64,000 bases of DNA from Eledone cirrhosa. Taxonomy: Eukaryota. Made by a program: the position numbers and the translations under genes. Below are positions 1 to 14,442 of the stretch, piece after piece. How positions within the stretch are numbered: the first letter of the stretch is position 1; every line of letters starts with the position of its first letter. The notes below the pieces were generated by a model. That model was not told the origin of the DNA, did not search any database, and was given only the letters and a program-made list of their open reading frames with translations. The stretch is from assembly GCA_964016885.1 (NCBI GenBank), contig OZ024740.1:52452001-52516000 (forward strand), in the 5' to 3' direction.

Positions 1-765
<765 letters not shown>

Positions 766-769
766 AGTA

Positions 770-2640
770 TTAGTTATACTATTTATGGTTATGTAAACAC
801 AAAACCTTAAGCAGTTGTAAGTATTTTACACACACCCTAAATAGTGGTAGGCAGTAATGTATTACTACCTTATTACCAGTAAGTTAAGTAGCTCAATGTA
901 AAAACATCAGATGATTTACAGAGCAGTTATATGAAATATAAGAATCAAAGAACTGTTCAAAACATTATTGTGCTTACAGCTGTTTCCTCCAAACCGAGGT
1001 TTGGATTCTTCGGAGCAATTTATTAATGCATGGACAGTTATATGACCTCCTTTTCAGCCGAGAGACATACCAACACATATTCAAACATTGATACATATTC
1101 AAACATTGTGGGTCAACATTCATTACAGAATTTAGATTGGCAGTACACACTTCGAGATTACATTTATATTAATAGGTACAATCAAAAATCAAAGATATAG
1201 GTTAAAGTACAACATGAAGATAAGTGGTTATATAGTGCAAATGTTATATGTGTGGCACGCATGTGCGTCTTGTTTATATAGTGTGGCAGAGAGATATGTG
1301 TGGTAGAGGCACTTAGGTAGGTAAATAAGAGTGTTAGGTTGGTAGATCTGGTGGCAAAGTCTTTATATGATTGATATAGTCTGTGTGTGGAGAAATATTA
1401 TAAGCATTAAAGATAGTGCAAGCATTAAAAGTGTTATAAGTATTGGAGATGCACAGCGCAGGGATGTCAAGTAATTCATGTACTTCGGCATTTTCATGGT
1501 CAAGGGAGTGTATATTTCGATTATATGCCTTTCACATAATCCACGACAATCCAGTTAGAGATCGTAGTCTGGTGTTCTTTAGTTCGATACAGGAGGTTGT
1601 TACGTTTCGAGAAACGCCATTGAATACCGGAAGTGTGTGTGTGGCTAAGGGGAGTTAATGCATGCGGGGAGGTAACTCTGGGGTTTCTATATCTAGCCAT
1701 TAAAATGTGTCCCAATATAGACCCTAAATTCTATGGTGAGGTGCACCTTCCAAGAGAGACTTTTAAAGCATAAAGTGTACTAACTATAGAGTAGTTTAAC
1801 TAAATTATGCTGAAGGTGATCATATTATTATTAAGGTGGATTAACCCATCTTAAGGTGCTACAAATGGAAATTATAGCTGATGAGCGAGGATTCTAAATT
1901 AATGATCTCTGTGGTTGTAGTCTGCTCATATGACCAGGCGCGGTGACTGCAGGATTGCTTCAGGACCCAATGATCTCTGGTAAGATCTGGGTCATCGCTT
2001 GCTACATTGGATGTCGAAAGATAATCATCCCCAGGCAGGCCAAAGGTCAATCCGCAGTCCTCGCGACCCCTCTCTGACCGTCAGATCATCCATATACGTA
2101 CAACCCGCACGGCAGTTGCATTGCATTCACTCACTGCGCTCAGCAGCCCGGTCCTACTGGTCAACAGCGCTACTCGATTAAATCATTTTACATCTGTCTA
2201 GGAAGGTGTTTCCTCTGCCCAACACCATCCAACCGATCAATTCATGCTCAAATTACCCTTAGAGCGGTGTAGTGCCGTCCAAGTGGGTGGATGTTGTCAC
2301 ACCTGCCGTAGAGGTATAAATGGGTATTTTCCCTGCGAAGGATTCCAGAGGGATGTCGTTGTTTGTGTTATAATGGATCAGCTAGTGTTGGGTATGTAGT
2401 ATAGGGTGTGTCTCTGGTGTTTGTTGCTAGATGTGGTGTTAGGTTCCAGTCCGACATTGCTATATATAGGGCTTAAAGTTTTGGAAGGAATGTCTGAGGC
2501 GGTGCTGGCAAGTTGCAAACACCTCAGATTTTTTGTTAAGTAGGTTACGGTTGGAGAAGATAATATTGTGTGTCTCTAGTATACAGAGGTTACAGAATTT
2601 ATTAGGTGGTTTGTACGAGGTCGCGCTGCCTATCACTTCT
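770..2640 (-). mobile_element. Heavily degenerate Penelope-like element 3' portion
   Basis: Lies between TA tracts and carries a PLE-type HHR near its 3' end on the minus strand. No intact ORF, so the family call is mostly contextual. Confidence 0.5.
971..1017 (-). ncRNA. Type I hammerhead ribozyme, C4 core variant
   Basis: Minus strand: TGCT CCGAAGA a-TCCAAAC-ctcg-GTTTGGA-g GAAA CAGCTG TA AGCA. Stems I and II pair; stem III is palindromic. Confidence 0.75.
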
Positions 2641-2661
2641 CAATATATTTCATATTTCATA

Positions 2662-2715
<54 letters not shown>

Positions 2716-2718
<3 letters not shown>

Positions 2719-3260
2719 TTGCGAGGTTTTTTATATGAAATCGTGTGTAGAAACAAATATTGTTATACCTGGGGAGGGTCATATTTGTGTAATATTGCCA
2801 GAATTAATAACAGAACACACTCACTGTTTGGTTGGTTTTCACTTCTCGCTTCTCTGTCTTTTATATCGGTAATCTAATATACTCGGTCCTCAATGTTGCC
2901 ATTGACTGACCGGCGGTCAAAAATAATACAGATACAATATAGACACAAGCACATATATATAGTTTATCATAAATCTTTCGTTGCACATCTGCAACATCGT
3001 CAGTGGTGCTGTATTTTCCTCCTGCTGTATTGTATGTCTACGCCATTTTTATTCAGTCTGTCTATATATTTATTTATTTATTTGCTTCTTTGTTTATTTT
3101 ATTTTGTCTTCTTTGCGCATGCGTTTGCGTGTGTGTATAGTGTTTTGTTTGCTGTGTGATGCGTGACTAGTGTGTGTTTATGTGCTTGTTATTATTTTGC
3201 TTGTGTATGTATTTATTTATTTATTTATTTATTTTATTTTATTTACTTACTTATTAAGAA
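2716..3260 (-). mobile_element. PLE 3' tail fragment, same family as the 61350-63112 palindromic element
   Basis: Colinear similarity to 61350-61860 and to the reverse complement of 63058-63112; begins at a TA tract. Confidence 0.8.
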
Positions 3261-3684
3261 GTATAAATAATTAAATAAAATAAAATAAATAAAACTGACC
3301 AATGGGAAGTTTGACATTTTTTTGTTATTTTGTTCCTTTACCATCTTATTCCTTCTACCACTTTATCAATGTGTTTGAGCTAACTCCAACACTACCAACA
3401 CAAGAATTTAGGTCAGATGTACCTAACAATAACAAGAACAACAACTACAGATTGGCTTGCCTCAGAACGAATTTGTATAGACTTTTGAATGAGGAATGTT
3501 CTAACAACTGACCAATGAGAGGAGAAGAGGCCCTTGGACATTGAAATTCGTTTGTTTGAATTCATATGATTCGATTCCAGTTCCTCAGTGAAATAACAAC
3601 CCACCAGGAACTGGGCATATCAGAGTATTGACAAGGTTATACACCTCAACAACATATGTATTTGTCTATACCACACTAATTCGG

Positions 3685-3720
3685 ACTGCCTGAAGAGGTC
3701 ACCGAAATATATATAGCAGT
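3685..3720 (+). ncRNA. Minimal type I hammerhead ribozyme
   Basis: ACTGC CTGAAGA GG-tca-CC GAAA TATATA TA GCAGT. Canonical core, 5-bp stem I, palindromic stem III, followed by AATAAA. Confidence 0.85.
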
Positions 3721-3890
3721 AATAAACGAAGCTAAATTTTAAACATTCGACTTATTTATTTTATTTTATTTTACATTACTCCGGAGTAACCAAACCAACC
3801 TGCGCACTTCGTCGAGTGCTCCGATCTGCATACTGAGGTGTTGGTATACAACCAACATATACTAAATAAATATATATATATATATACACA

Positions 3891-4060
3891 AACAAAGAAG
3901 GTGAGGGTAGATACCAGGTGGACCATAATGCACTAGAGTACTCGATACTTAGGACAGCTGAACTCCGGCCGTTTCGACAGCTAGATCTCAACGCATTCGG
4001 ATCTAGCTGTTGAAACGGCCGGCGCTCAGCCGTCGGGATCCTGACTCTTTTCTTTTCCTA
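3891..4060 (-). mobile_element. Hairpin+tail element (half-HHR family), copy A, internally deleted
   Basis: Conserved tail (GGACCATAATGCACTAGAGTACTCG) plus palindrome GCCGTTTCGACAGCTAGATC...GATCTAGCTGTTGAAACGGC, between TA tracts. Confidence 0.8.
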
Positions 4061-4082
4061 TTGTATATATATATATATATAT

Positions 4083-4267
4083 AATTGTTTCTACTTTAGG
4101 CACAAGGCCGGCAATTACCCAGTGCATTACTGGTACTTTATTTTATCGACCCCGTAAGGATGAAAGGCAAAGTCAACCCCGGCGGGATTTGAACTCAGAT
4201 CGTAAAGGGGCGTAACTATGCTGGAAAGCATGGCGTCCGACCCTCTACCGATACTGCCAATCCACCG
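4083..4267 (-). mobile_element. tRNA-derived SINE with Nin-type central domain
   Basis: Minus strand has A-box-like TGGCAGTATCGG, B-box GAGTTCAAATCC and GCCTTTCATCCTTACGGGGTCGATAAAATAAAGTACCAG; many copies in window. Confidence 0.85.
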
Positions 4268-5024
4268 ACCTTACTTGACAGATAGTTGAATTGCATATTT
4301 AAGAATATTTAGTTTTATCACTATTCATGTCTAATTTCAAATTCCACTGATGTCAACGAAGCCCTTCATCCCTGTGGGAATGAGGAATTAAATACCAGTG
4401 ATATAATAGTGTCAATACGAATGGCTTCATTTCACTTTGTATCATTCTGAAAAATCGATATGCTGTGCTGTTAAAGCTGGAGAGTAGCGGGGGGGGGGGG
4501 GATGCCCATATTTCATGGTTTAGTCAGTGAAGGAAAGACAAATCGCATGCCATTTTTCAGCCAATACTGGTTGGAAAAAAGACAGAAGCTAATCGCAAGT
4601 CATCGATGTAGCTCGAACGCTTGCAACGGGCCTACACTATGTTAAAGGCACCCAAGTGTTAAAAATGGAAATTTAGTCGCGTGGTTTTAAGTTCTGAATT
4701 CATATCAACACAGAAATCGACTCAATCGTTCATCTCTCTGGGCTCATGAGTATCAGGCATGTACTGGTATGGTTACAGCAGCCGTCTCGCTCACTACAAC
4801 CCCTGTGACCTTGTGCCAAGGTAAGAAAGTATCGTTGTACGACATCTTTGACATCGGACGTTCGTGACTGCCTATAAATGTGTAGGGGAGGTGGGTAAAA
4901 AAATGTTCACAACATGATGTACATTAAGATAATATATTATATATTTAGTGCTGATAAAGGGGACATGAGAGAATAATTATGCTGTGTGTACGTATGTCGA
5001 TGTGTTTGTAAAAATGTACACATA

Positions 5025-5076
<52 letters not shown>

Positions 5077-6385
5077 GGGCGGGGGTTAATGTGTACGCAT
5101 GCGTGGGGATATGTTCAGATCAAAATACATGGCTAAAACTAAAACCTAAAGAAGATTAACAGAAGAATAATGTGGATTATATCAAACAATTAAAGATTAA
5201 TACTTCAAATGAAAAACGTATTTTTCAATTGAAAATTTTATGTGAACCATTTCTCTGAACAGCTTCAATAAGAATAATATTTTGTTTATTTAATTTTTGT
5301 GTATTTATATATTATTATTTTATTATATTGTATTATTTATTTGTTTATTTATTTTTGCACATATTCTATGGTTTTAAATCTTTGGGTTTTTTTCTATTAT
5401 GCATGAAATCTTGTCGTTATCATTAATATTATTATGATCAGTCCTGAAAACCCATCAATTGTAATCTTGTCTTTTAAAAAAAAAAAATCACAAAAAAAAA
5501 AAATCATAAAGTAACAACAATAATTACAGCACAAACAGCAGCAACAACAGTAACAACAACAACAGCAGCAACAACAACTATCCACTGAATGCATATATGA
5601 GAAATACATTAGTTAAATACGAGGAGCTTGTAATAGAAGTGTGTTGAGGCATATTTATGGTATGCTAAAAGAAATATGTTCAGAAATGTACAAATCTGAT
5701 TTTTCTATTTCTGGTAAGGAAATGGGATTGTAGACTGAGTGAGATTAACAGAGGAAATTCATTTCCTTAATGATAAAACGTACATTTTGGTGTCATAAGA
5801 CTAAATTATTAAAGAACATGTGTAAATATTCCAGCGTTTTTAAACTGGCATTTCGAGAAGAAAAAAATGATTTATTAATTTTCTTATCACTTTATTTTAT
5901 TGTTAATATCTTGATATGTCTCTATATATTGTTGTTTTTGCCTTGAAATAAGTTCTTTTAAAAGTTTCATCGAACGATAATTAGTAATATAACTATTTGT
6001 TAGAATTTTTAGAGCGTCATAGAAAATGATTTCCGGTATTTAGTTACATGTCTTTTAGTTTAATATTATAAAGTGTACGTTGCTCTTCGTTTTTCTAGAG
6101 TCGATAAAATAAAATAGGAGTCAACTGCTGAGATCGATATAATCCACACAACTTCTAACTCCCAGACATGTAGGCTCGTGCCTTTGTTAGAATTACTATT
6201 ATTATTACTTATTTATTCTATCGATGGATGCTGATAAATAAGGGGAATTACTTGACCTACAAGTGCTTATAGGAATGGTTGAGGGAAATTTAAATAACGG
6301 CTACTACAACTGTGATCTAATTAGAAATTGTACAGTATGATCTAACCTGAACACAGTCATGTACTTAATATAAACTCACACACAT

Positions 6386-6423
<38 letters not shown>

Positions 6424-6994
6424 TAAAATAACAGATTAATGTGAGGGTGTGAGTGTATGTGGTATGTGTGTGAGTGTGTTTGTGTGTGTATGTGAGTGTA
6501 TATGAATTTATAACCTTTGTTGGTATACGCAATCAGCGCATGACATCTTTTACTTTTACTTGATATTTCACCATTCTAGTCTAGCCAAATATTGTGTTGA
6601 TTTACTTCGCTGAGAAGATCTAATAAGATCTAAACATATTCATAGCTTTCATAAAGTTGGCTTATAATCAAAGTCTACTCAAACTACACCGTCTTAAATT
6701 GTTCCAAAACACTTGGATCAGCTCAAGTTATAAGAGTTCTCTCTTTTGTTTCTTCTCATTAACTGAATACCCTTAAAGTTAGATTCAATCTTGAAATTGG
6801 GAGGATAGTCTCAGTTGATTGAAGTCTTTTATTATTTTTACACCCACCATATTCAGACTGCCACACTATATTTGCATATATATATACCTTTACAGGGGCA
6901 GAAGGAAAGTGAAGAAGGAAGGGAAAGGCGAAGAGAAAAATAGATTAATAGATGACAGATCGTTGGATAGGATAGAATGAATAGATAGATAGAG

Positions 6995-7447
6995 AGATAG
7001 ATATATTACTTTATTTGCCACAAGGGCGCACAAGAAAAGGGGACAATACAAAGATATGCCGGAGATTTTACATACAGTCGTGTAAAAAATATAAAAACAA
7101 ACAATTACAACAATCGAAATCCCCAATAGGGGGTAGGCGCCACAAATGGGTTGTTTAATACCCCGTCGAAAGAACAACCCTCAACTTCAGGAGCGTGTTG
7201 TGCAAGTGGTCCTTTCTTCCCTTTGCTCTCTTCTTCAACCTACAGGCTTATAAACAGAGAAGGCCCAATCACTCGGGCCATTTTCTCTTCATTCACCCAC
7301 CTTTCAGTAAATTTACTGGGATGCAGTGCCTCTCTCTCCACTCTGATTCTCCTTCTAAAATGATACTTAAAGAAGGGAATCAATTGTTGTCCGGAGAGAA
7401 AGACATCTGTCCTCAGTCCTCTCAATCTCGTCCACCATATAACTTCT
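6995..7447 (-). mobile_element. Tx1/L1-clade LINE, short 5'-truncated copy
   Basis: ORF2 C-terminus (FLSGQQLIPFFKYHFRRRIRVERE) plus 3' UTR ending GTGGCAAATAAAG; GATA repeats on both sides. Confidence 0.88.
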
Positions 7448-7687
7448 TAGATAGATAGATAACTTTCTATTTATTTGCCACAAAGGCATAAAAGATTGGG
7501 ACAAATACAGGGGGGGGGGTGTTACATACAATAAAACGAGTACAAAAATATAACAAACAAAATAAAACAATCGAAGTCCTCAATAGGGAGGGGATGTTTT
7601 GGGGGTCGCACACACCCCCGAAAAGATGTGCAACCCTCCTCCTCGGGAGCACAAAGAGAGGGTGCTCCCTTCTCCTATTCTTTCCCC

Positions 7688-10600
7688 CTACAGGCTGGTG
7701 TAGAGAGAAGGCCCATTCACACGGGCCATTCTTGCCATTTTCACCCACCTTTCATAAAACTGGCTGGGGTGGAGCACCTCTCTCTCCATCCTGATCCTTC
7801 TTCCGAAATGATATCGGAAGAAAAGGACCAGTTGTTGGCCGGAGAGAAAGGTGTCCGACCTCAGTCCTTTCAAACGCGTCCACCATACAACCTCTTTCAC
7901 CATGGCTATTACACAGAGGAAGACTGCCTCTCTTTCGTTTTTGAAGAGGGGAGGCGGTTTGATCGTAACAATGGACTCGGTTGTCAACCCGATTGGTCCC
8001 ACCCGCGACAATAGTCGTTCTACATAGCCCCACAGGTCGGTAACGCCCGAGCAGTGTATGAATGCGAGCGCGACGGTTTCCTCGTCGCTCACGCATCTCG
8101 GACAGATCTTTTTCGAAGAGTCCCTACCCGGGCGCCCGTGTCTGTAGAGCTTGTCTCGAACGGGCAGAGCCCCACAGTAGCACTGCCAGATCAGGGACCT
8201 CTGGAAGTTGTCCATCGGTCCCGGACCAAATGTCCTACCGAACAGGCTGGCCAGTTCTTCCTCCTCCATGCCTAGAGCTTCTCCGAGGGCGTCGTCGCAC
8301 CTGCTGCTGACCAACCCTCTATAGAATGTCGAGGTGGAGTCTCCAGTGATAGCTGGGTCCACCTGCCAGAGAGCCGTGAGCGCCTGAGCACACGGAGTAT
8401 GCCAGGCGCCCAGTTTTCTCGGTCTTTGCTTGACAAAGGATTTCAGCTCGGTAAGCGAGACGAGTCTCGGAAAGGCTCCTCTCACAAACGGGGCCCACAC
8501 CGGTTGACCGGTAAGGAATACCTGGAGTTGCCGTAGCCTTAATGCGTATTTACGCATCTGCAGCCACGGCATCCCCAGCTCTCCTTTCGAAGGGTGTTGA
8601 TAGCAGATGGATCTCCTCACCAAAGGGGCCCGCTTCTTCCAAAGGAATTGGAAGAGTGCGCGCTCCATTTTGGTGAGCGTTTTACCTGGGCAAGGCACGA
8701 CAGTCAAGCGGTAATGGATCACGGACGCTATATAAGCGTTCGCCACCTCCGCCCGACCTTTCAGGGATAGTTCGCACTCGGCCCACTTCTGGGCTAGTGC
8801 AAACACCCTGTTCGTTACCTCACTCCAGTTCTTCTCCACCTGGAGATCTGCTCCGAACCAAACCCCGAGCAGCTTCACCGGGCCCTCCGTCCAGCGTCCG
8901 ACGACGCCGTCGGAGGGCATCGGTTTTCCCCTCCACGCGCCGAGTTGCAAACCGACGGACTTGTCCCGGTTCAGCTTCGCCCCTGTAAACCTTTCGTATT
9001 CCTCCAGTAAGGTGCCAATCCCCCGATTTCCGAGGTACTCGACACCATTACTATCACGTCATCGGCGTAGGCCGACACAGCTTTCCACAGTCCCGGTTCC
9101 AGAGGGATGCCCTGCAATAGCTCCAACTTCTGCAGCAGTGGCTCGAGAGCCAGCACATACACAATGGAGGAGAGAGGGCACCCCTGTTGGATGGACCGCG
9201 CGATTTGGAACGGCTCCGAGAGGTAGCCGTTCACCTTGACCGTCGAGCAGATGCGGCTGCTGTACATGGCAGTAATCCAACCCCTGACAACGGGTCCGAA
9301 ACCTGCCACCGCTAGCACCGCATCCAGGTAACCATAGTCGACTCTATCGAACGCCTTATATTGATCCAAGTTGATCAGGGCCTCACCAAAGCCGGGTTCA
9401 TTCCCTACCCTCTCTATGATGTATCGCATGAGGTGGTGGTTGTCGTGTATGGACCTAGACGGGATAGCGCATATCTGCGCATCTTCCACCAGGTTGCCCA
9501 CGACAAGCGCCAACCTCTTTGCTAACACCTTGGCCAAAATATTTAACTCCGCATTTAGCAGAGTTATGGGCCTGAAATTACTTATTTCATCCCCCTTGTT
9601 CTCGTCTTTCCTCACTAGCGAGACTACGCCCTTGGTCACAGAACAGGGAATTCTCCCGTTCTGTTGCCAGTTGCAGTAGACCGCCTCGAGGAGATCGGAG
9701 AAAAGGTCCGGCATCGCTACATGAAGTTCGTATGGAAGACCATCGAGACCCGGGGATTTGCGTTTGCCGCATTGGCTCAGCACGTCCCCCATTTCAGCAG
9801 CTGAAATCGGCTTTTCGCAGGACTTCGCCTCCTCGTTCGAAAGACGCGGTAGGCCGTCGAGGTATGAACCGAAATCCACATCCCCATCTGGCCCCGCGCC
9901 CCTCCCGAACAGTCGTGCAAAGTGCCTTTGAAAGGCCTCACAAATCTGTCCAGGTTCAAGGATCACCCGTCCATCCTGGTCCTTCAAAGACCGGATAGTG
10001 GATTTAATCCCACTTTTGGCTTCTGTCACTCGGGCCCAGCTAACAGCTTTGGCCCCCTCATTTCTTAGAGCACGTATTTTGCTTCTGACAACGCAGCCTT
10101 CGTGCTTCGCGTCGAAAAACTGGTCTAAGGCCGTTCTCGACGCTAGCACTCTAGCAACGTTGCCGCTTCTAATCGCCTCTTCTACTCTATCTACCAACTC
10201 CCTTTCCTTCCTATTCCTATCTGAGGCTAATTCCTTACTAAAACCTATCGAGACTACTCTAATCTCTCTCTTGAGAGAGCCCCACCACCTGCTGTTGACG
10301 ATAGCCCCCGTCAACCGTTCCTTAACTAAAGCGCTAATCCGATCCCTGTAAGCTTTACTTGTCGGTAAGGACAAGTTAAGCTTCCAGTAACCGTGTCCCT
10401 GTTTATGTGTTCTATCAAGGTTGACTAAGCAGGTCACTAATTTGTGATCTGAATAGCCAACCATATGCATCTCTGGATAACTTAGTAGGTCCCTATCCTT
10501 ATTTCTAACTAGGACCCTATCTAGGTACGACCTAGATGATCCGCTATGATTAGTCCAAGTCCAGGTTAGCGCAGTCGAAAAATCCAGTCGATATCTATCG

Positions 10601-11126
10601 GCCAGGTCAAATCGGCCGATTAACCGTTTGAGGCTGTTACCCCCCCCCCCCTCTATCGGGACATGCTCCTACATAGTCCCAACGTGCATCTAGGATACCA
10701 TTCCAGTCCCCCACTAAAAGCAAGGAGCGGGACGTCCCTAGAAAAGTCTCCAGACGTTGGCAGAAGTCCAGCCTCGCTGCCCCAAAAGGGGCATAGGCGG
10801 CGACCAGCCTAAAGGCTCCACCTTCACCACTGCCAATGTCTAGTACCACCAGTCGACCCTCCGGGTCCAAGTGCACCGTCTGCGTTGCGAGGCCCAGGTA
10901 TTTTTGCAGCAGAACGACAACCCCACCCCACCTCCTGACTGACAGAGAGATGCATAGATCTCAAACTCGTTAAAGGTAGGAGCTAGCTGGCGTTCGCTGC
11001 TGACCCTGGACTCGCAAATAGCCATGACATTATACTGCGCGACCTGAGGTCATTTAGAATTTTTGCCTGCTTCCAAGGTGAGCTCAGGCTACGCGCATTC
11101 AAACATCCTACTCTCAATACAGCCAT
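7688..11126 (-). pseudogene. LINE ORF2 (APE endonuclease, reverse transcriptase, Zn knuckle), several frameshifts
   Basis: Starts MAVLRVGCLNARSL at 11126. Motifs GDWNGILD, SDHKLV, GYWKLN, KSPGLDG, FRPITLLN, KAFDRVD, QGCPLS, AYADDV, CPRC..EETV..AFIHC across ORFs 10637-10876, 8971-10470 and 7688-8950. Confidence 0.93.
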
Positions 11127-11129
11127 GTT

Positions 11130-12985
11130 AGCGGCGAAGGGGAAGAAAAAGAAAAGGCACCTACCTCCTTACGTTCCGAGGACCGGGCTGCACAACTTCC
11201 ATGGGGGTGGGGTGGTGGTTTGTGGTGGTGTGGGGACATCAGAGTGTGGTGGGGTTGGGGGTTTCGGTGTGGTGTGGGTGTCTGGGGTGGGGTGGGGAAA
11301 TGTTTCAATAGTACGCGGTTCATTAGTTTTACACAGGGAGGGGGGGGGGCACGTCCTCAGGAAAATTGCCTTTTAGTTCTATATAAATGTCTATCGGAGT
11401 TTTAATCATTTTAAAAGAGGGGTTCTCTGTGTCCCTCATGAAATTTGGCCCTTCGGTTTGCACCGAAGGGTTTTGTTCAATTTTGTTTACAAGTTTTATA
11501 TTTTTTGTGTTGAAGTATGTGTATAGCTGTGTCTGTGTAATTTTTGTTGGTTTTTGTTCTTTATTTTTTTGTGTTTTGTTTTGAGGAGGGGTTATTTTTC
11601 TTTGTGTGGGTGCGGTGTGTTTTCTTTTTTTTCGCTTTATTTTTTGGAAGGGTTACCCCTCGTCTTCTGACGTTAAGGGATCCTCTTCCATGTTGGAGGG
11701 GAGAGGTATATTTTGGGGTTTTGTTATGTATGGTGTTGGAGTTGTTTTAGGTGGGGAGGGGTTGAGTGGGACCGTGTTCAGTTTTTTGTTGACTTGTTGT
11801 GTTTGTTGTTTTGGGGTGGTGGTGGTGGTGTTGTTTTTGGAGGTGTTGGCAGTAAAGGGTTTTTAGTTTGTTGAAGACAGGCAGCCCTCATGTGACCTCT
11901 GCCTCCACAGAGGTAGCAAGCGGGCCGCCTACCCTCAACTGCAATGTTCATAAATAGGGAGCCTTCCAGGGACACTCTTTGGGGTATCTTTGTTATACGT
12001 TCTGGTTTCATTCGAACCAGAACCTGTATGCCTATACCGCCAAAGTGGCCCCTGGTGGCCTTGCCTATATCAAGGAGTTCATCTTCGTCGTCAAGTATCC
12101 CTCCTAGTATCCACCACATATTTGTATTTGGGTGTATACCGGAGACTGTTATTTTTTTAGTTTCCTTCCCCATGTAGGTGGGGAAGAAAGTGTACTGTTT
12201 GGACCCAATTGGCGACACCGAGTATTTTTGGGCCACCAATTGGTCCTTCATCAAAATTATCAGACTCCCATATAATTTCTCTCTCAATAAAAATCATGTC
12301 CTTCAACGCGTCTTTTAACACCAGCTCGATTTCGCTATGCGATAATTGAGCTGGTTTTTTCGACGCATTTGATATAGTTCTAAAATTAATTGTCCTTAGG
12401 ACCGTGTCTCTTTTAATATCCTTAGGGGAGATTATGGTGAATTCATCGTTTTCACCAAAGCTCACCTGTTTTCTCCCCTCTTTTAGCAATTCCGCTGCAT
12501 TACTGATGTCAACTGGGGTGAAAGTTTCGGTCTCCTTAACGACCTGGGCAAAGGATATTCGTGTAGTGGGGTCTTTTTTATGTTTCGTTGCTGTTGTTAT
12601 TGTTTTCTTGGGTGTTTGCGTTTTGGTTGTTGTTGTTTGCGGTACAGTTTTTTGGGTTTTCACCCATTTTTTCGTGTTTTGAGTTCACATTTATGCTGTT
12701 TTCTTTGTCATTGTTGTTGTTGTTTTCGCTTTTGTGTGTGTTTGTGTTATTTTCTTTGTTATTTGTGTTGGTGTTGTAGGTGTCAGTGTAATTTATACAT
12801 TCTTTCAATTTACTGTTTCCATTGTTTGGGTTATTACCCAAGTTTTTACAATCGTTCGCCAAATCCACTTCCATACTCGCATGCGAAAGCGAGAGAAGGG
12901 AAGCTTCAGTAGGTTGAGTTACTTGTTCCTCTTTATCACTTTCCCTGGGGGGCGTGGCAGTGGTGTTTTCATGTATGGTGTCCAT
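11130..12985 (-). pseudogene. LINE ORF1 (nucleic-acid-binding protein), frameshifted
   Basis: Overlapping ORFs 12578-13033, 12157-12663 and 11778-12287; CYLCGGRGHMRAAC (CX2CX4HX4C); low-complexity N/T/K/P flanks. Confidence 0.85.
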
Positions 12986-13189
12986 TATTGTAAGTTGGTA
13001 TACACATTTTTTTAAAGTAGTTTTTACCCCCAAAAAGGGGTAAAAATAAAATAACCACCCTACAGCAAGTCTAGGCGGCAGGTTAGGTCACACAAATAAA
13101 ACAAATGAAACACAAACTCACAGTCAAAAACGTAATACAAATCCAAAAAGACTGCAGCCGAAGTAACACACGATAGATAGATATATTGA

Positions 13190-14422
13190 TAGATATATTT
13201 CTTTATTTGCCACAAGGACGCACAAGAAAAGGGGACAATACAAAGACACATGCCGGAGATTTTACATACAATCGTGCAAAAAAAAAAATATATATATATA
13301 TATATAACACAAACAATTATAACAATCGAAATCCCCAATAGGGGAGACGCCACAAATGGGTTGTTTAATACCCCGTCGATAGAACAACCCTCAACTTCAG
13401 GAGCGTGTTGTGCAAGTGCTCCCTTCTTCCTTTTGCTCTCTTCTTTAATCTACAGGCTTATAAACAGAGAAGGCCCAATCACTCGGGCCATTTTGCCACA
13501 TTCACCCACCTTTCAGTAAATTTACTGGGGTGCAGTGCCTCTCTCTCCACTCTGATTCTCCTTCTAAAGTGATACTTAAAGAAGCGAATCAATTGTTGTC
13601 CGGAGAGAAAGGCATCTGTCCTCAGTCTTCTCAATCTCGTCCACCATATAACCTCTTTCACCATAGCCACTGTACAGAGGAAAACCGCCTCTCTTTCGCT
13701 TTTGAAGGAGGTTGGCGGTTGGATCCTTACTATGGACTCGGCAATCAACTGGGTTTGTCCCATACGCGACAGCAGTTGTTCTGCGTAGTTCCACAGGTTG
13801 GTTGCGCCCGGGCAGTGTACAATTGCGTGCAAGACAGTTTCAATGTCCTGTCCGCATCTTGGACACGTCCTATTGGAAGGATCCCTGTCGGGGCGTCCGT
13901 GCCTGTAGATCTTATTACGAACTGGTAGAGCTCCTCAGTAGCACTGCCAGGCTAGGGACCTCTGGAAGTTGTCCCTAGGTCCCGGGCGGAAAGTCCTACC
14001 AAACAGACTGGTGAGTTCGTCGTCTTCGACGCCTAGAGTCTCTCCGAGCACGTCGTCGCCCTTGTGATGTACTAACCCTCTATAGAATGTCGAAGTAGAG
14101 TTTCCACTTATTGCCGTGCCCGCTTGCCAGAGGACTGTGAGCGCCTGAGCGCATTCAATGTGCCAGGCGCCCATCTTCTTCGGTCTCTGCTTGATCCAGG
14201 GCTGCAGCTCCGTCTGCGAGACAAGTTGCGGGAAGGCCTGTCTCACAAACGGTGCCCACACAGGTTGGGGGTCGGTGAGGAATACCTGTATATACCGTAG
14301 CCTCGGTGCATGCTTGCATCATTAGCCACGGCATGCCCAGCCCTCCGTTGGAAGGGTGTTGAGAGCAGACGGATCTCCTGTCAACACCCTTCCAACGGAG
14401 GGCTGGGCAAGCCGTGGCTAAT
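13190..14422 (-). mobile_element. Tx1/L1-clade LINE, 5'-truncated copy with terminal fold-back
   Basis: ORF2 3' region (ORFs 13479-13832, 13935-14261); 3' UTR nearly identical to the 6995-7447 copy; GATA flanks. Confidence 0.9.
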
Positions 14423-14442
14423 AGATAGATAGATAGATAGAT

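Larger units (their letters stand above)
7461..13171 (-). mobile_element. Full-length Tx1/L1-clade LINE (about 5.7 kb), frameshifted
   Basis: ORF1 with CCHC knuckle, ORF2 with APE, RT and C-terminal Zn motif; GATA repeats at both junctions. Confidence 0.93.

Noticed and set aside
4200-4267. tRNA gene
   Set aside because: The A and B boxes belong to SINE heads; no full cloverleaf.
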